DNA of 64,000 nucleotides from Myxococcota bacterium (lineage in GTDB: Bacteria; Myxococcota_A; UBA9160; UBA4427), in NCBI GenBank assembly GCA_028823175.1, contig JAPKBZ010000009.1, positions 14,049 to 78,048 of the forward strand, read 5' to 3'. Positions within the stretch are counted from its first letter, which is position 1, and each line of letters opens with the position of its first letter. This document shows positions 62,392-64,000 of the stretch, piece after piece. A program made the translations under genes and the position numbers. Under the pieces are notes generated by a model. That model did not search any database and was not told the DNA's origin. It saw nothing but the letters and a program-made list of their open reading frames with translations.

Positions 62392-62976
62392 CTAGTGGCT
62401 TCGAAGCAGAACTTCGATCCCGGGGAGCGCCTCGTTCATCGAAGAGCGCATTCGGTACAGGTTCGCTTTGATGGAATCCTCGGACTTACCAAGCACCTCG
62501 GCAATCGCTCGAATCGACTGTTGGCGGAGATGCTTGAGGTGAAAAATCCGGCGCTGGGTCTCGGTCAGATCCTGCCGAATGATCTCTTCGCAGCTTTGCA
62601 GCAGCCGGCGCGCCTCGAGGGCGTGATCGACGGTGGGTCCGGAACTCGGGACGTCCATGGCCGAATCGGAGTCCATGGGGGAGAGCCAGGGGCGCGCCCT
62701 TCGGAAGGTCCGGTTCACCTTGTTGCGGGTGATCCCGAAGATCCAGACGAGCAAGCCGGACTCGCCGCGGTAATTCGGCAGGGCATCGAGAAGGGTCAGG
62801 AACACTTCCTGGGCGATGTCCTCGGCCTCCGAGCGGTCCTTCAGCCGTTTCAAGGCAAATCGGTAAACCCTGGGGAAATAGGCGTTGTAGAGCATGTTGA
62901 AATGCTCCTGGCTGCCCGACAAGATCAGTTCAACCAGTTCGCCATCCGAAGGTAGAGCCTTCACCGTCTCGTCCAT
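62392..62976 (-). CDS. ECF-type RNA polymerase sigma-70 family factor
   Basis: 194 aa. Region 2 reads FNMLYNAYFPRVYRFALKRLKDRSEAEDIAQEVFLTL. Region 4 reads LTETQRRIFHLKHLRQQSIRAIAEVLGKSEDSIKANLYRMR. Confidence 0.9.
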   Translation of the reverse strand: MDETVKALPSDGELVELILSGSQEHFNMLYNAYFPRVYRFALKRLKDRSEAEDIAQEVFLTLLDALPNYRGESGLLVWIFGITRNKVNRTFRRARPWLSPMDSDSAMDVPSSGPTVDHALEARRLLQSCEEIIRQDLTETQRRIFHLKHLRQQSIRAIAEVLGKSEDSIKANLYRMRSSMNEALPGIEVLLRSH

Positions 62977-63169
62977 GGGGGGTCCTCACGTGCATCTGGG
63001 TCGAGGGGCCATGTGAGGGGGGAACGCGTCTTTGAGCCTCCAAGGCTCTCCAGCGCTAAGGATTCCGAAACCGACTGCCTTCCGGTGTCCGCCGCCTCCA
63101 TCATCGAACCGAGCTCCGGAATCTGAGGGTTCCCCCTCTCCACTCCTCTTTCTCGCTCGCTCGCTCTCT

Positions 63170-63205
63170 CTGCGGTCCTTCGTGGCCCGCAGTTTCCAGC
63201 TTTTT
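63170..63205 (+). terminator. Stem-loop plus T-run on the + strand (intrinsic-terminator-like) with no annotated + strand gene upstream
   Basis: CTGCGG (63170-63175) pairs with CCGCAG (63187-63192) across an 11-nt loop, followed by TTTCCAGCTTTTT (63193-63205). Confidence 0.3.
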
Positions 63206-63403
63206 GATGGTGCGCCGAATTCCCAATACGCCGGGTGTTTCCCTGTTCCGCAAAGTGCTTCTAACCACCGCACGGAATCACCCAGCTCAGCAATCGACCG
63301 TTCTACCTCTCCCGCTCTCCCATATCCCGTAACGACCAAACTTTTCAAGAGTTACTATCCAACCCTTTCAAAGCAATCGACGTGCCACTTTTTAGAGCGT
63401 GTG

Positions 63404-63429
63404 AGACATGAACCCGATGTCTTTGTTTT
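63404..63429 (+). terminator. Second + strand stem-loop plus T-run
   Basis: AGACAT (63404-63409) pairs with ATGTCT (63417-63422) across a 7-nt loop, followed by TTGTTTT. The stem is short and AT-rich, so support is weak. Confidence 0.25.
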
Positions 63430-63598
63430 CTCACCTGTTTCGTAGCGCCCCACACCCAGGAACTCGCGAGGCGGTGGCACTCCGGAGGAACTTCTTTTCC
63501 TCTTTAGTGAACTATCCGGTCCCAGGCCGAGGGCGGGTTGCTCTCCAAAAGGCGGGAGAGGCGGGAGATCCGGTGGCGACCCCAGGAACGAACCGCCT

Positions 63599-64000
63599 CT
63601 AGACCTTGCCGGGAACGATCCACCAGCGGCCCTGGGAAAAAGCCCACACATCTTCGCGAACCGTTTCGGTGGACCACCAGCGGAGGGGAAGCGCGTTCTC
63701 CCCGCGAAAGAGAACGCGAACCCTCACCGTGCTCGGGCCCGTGCGGTCCATCGACTTCAAACGGACGGCCGTCGGTCGATTCGATTCGAAACGCGCGCGT
63801 GTCAATGCCTCGGCAAAGGCAGCGTAATAATCCGCGAAGGCCCCCTCGGTACGGAAGAACTCCCGCAGGGCCGGGTCCTCGAAGGTCGCCAGGCTATCGA
63901 ATCGGCGGGCCTCGACGCGTTGGTAGAAAAGCTTGGCAAGCGGGACCAGAATGGTGAAGTCGGCCTCCCCGCCCCTGTTGAGGGTGTCCGGCGAGAAGCC
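63599..64000 (-). CDS. Hypothetical protein (5' end beyond the right edge of the window)
   Basis: The minus-strand frame is open from 64000 to the TAG at 63601-63599 and has high GC3: GFSPDTLNRGGEADFTILVPLAKLFYQRVEARRFDSLATFEDPALREFF..RWWSTETVREDVWAFSQGRWWIVPGKV. The track shows only the last 68 aa, from an internal TTG. Confidence 0.6.
   Translation of the reverse strand, partial: GFSPDTLNRGGEADFTILVPLAKLFYQRVEARRFDSLATFEDPALREFFRTEGAFADYYAAFAEALTRARFESNRPTAVRLKSMDRTGPSTVRVRVLFRGENALPLRWWSTETVREDVWAFSQGRWWIVPGKV

Noticed and set aside
62986-63348. A 120-aa minus-strand ORF directly upstream of the ECF sigma gene, considered as a possible co-transcribed regulator or anti-sigma.
   Set aside because: It has about 50-55 % GC3 by my count, against the strong G/C-ending bias of neighbouring genes. 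It has a TTG start, a low-complexity Arg/Glu/Gly-rich middle, and no TM helix or zinc motif. I treat the region as non-coding, but this needs a homology search.
62977-63598. Whether the low-GC region encodes a known housekeeping RNA (RNase P RNA, tmRNA, SRP/4.5S RNA or 6S RNA).
   Set aside because: I could not find GAGGAAAGUCCGG or ACAGAAnnCGGCUUA (RNase P). I could not find a tRNA-like GGUUCGAnUCC..CCACCA 3' end with an alanine tag ORF (tmRNA), nor the GGAAGCAGCC helix-8 motif (SRP RNA). 6S RNA cannot be judged by eye. An Rfam scan is still needed.
60847-63598. A genomic island integrated at tRNA-Glu, suggested by the lower-GC patches, the orphan sigma gene and the exonuclease.
   Set aside because: There is no integrase, recombinase or transposase gene. 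I found no direct repeat of the tRNA 3' end (GGTTCGAGTCCCGTTGGGAGCACCA) downstream. The coding genes here retain the host-like codon bias.

Overview
This 64-kb window comes from a high-GC bacterium (mid-60s % GC by eye) with an outer membrane, since BamA, Skp and LolDE are present. It is almost fully coding, mostly on the minus strand. A DUF4388 protein, an MJ0042-type zinc-ribbon/receiver protein, a very long BamA, RemA and a MoxR/VWA 'Bat' operon suggest a Myxococcota/deltaproteobacteria-like lineage; that is an inference, not a demonstration.

The content is mostly housekeeping genes:
- ftsY (partial) and smc
- a paired ABC exporter plus a GT2 glycosyltransferase
- purM plus a translationally coupled FAD oxidoreductase
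- a His6-type hisA
- an SDR plus an AhpD-like protein
- a 7-gene MoxR-DUF58-VWA-TPR-BatD-SH3 operon (14.7-24.9 kb)
- an SDR plus an AlkB-like hydroxylase
- relA/spoT, gmk-remA-yicC, skp-bamA, lolDE
- prfB with its classical +1 frameshift
- ybeY-phoH preceded by a DUF4388 protein and a TPR/zinc-ribbon membrane protein
- rpsT, holA
- glyA-nrdR-ribD-ribH-nusB
- yceD-rpmF-fabD-acpP-fabF
- gltX, tRNA-Gln(CUG), pilD
- an ABC-2 transporter, tRNA-Glu(CUC), a DEDDh exonuclease and an ECF sigma factor

I found no rRNA, CRISPR array, transposase, integrase or phage genes, and no recognisable defence or toxin-antitoxin module. I do not see a clear-cut new multi-gene system. The most unusual things I can support are:
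- two low-GC, apparently non-coding stretches flanking an orphan ECF sigma gene (62.0-63.6 kb), which are candidate ncRNA or leader regions
- an 11-bp-phased octamer array next to tRNA-Glu
- a G-tract (G-quadruplex-type) repeat in the bamA leader
- a LolE with a 241-aa multi-helix membrane N-terminal extension
- an oversized BamA
- a giant fused BatB/BatC protein

All coordinates and motifs were read by hand. Family assignments rest on recognised sequence motifs, not database searches.
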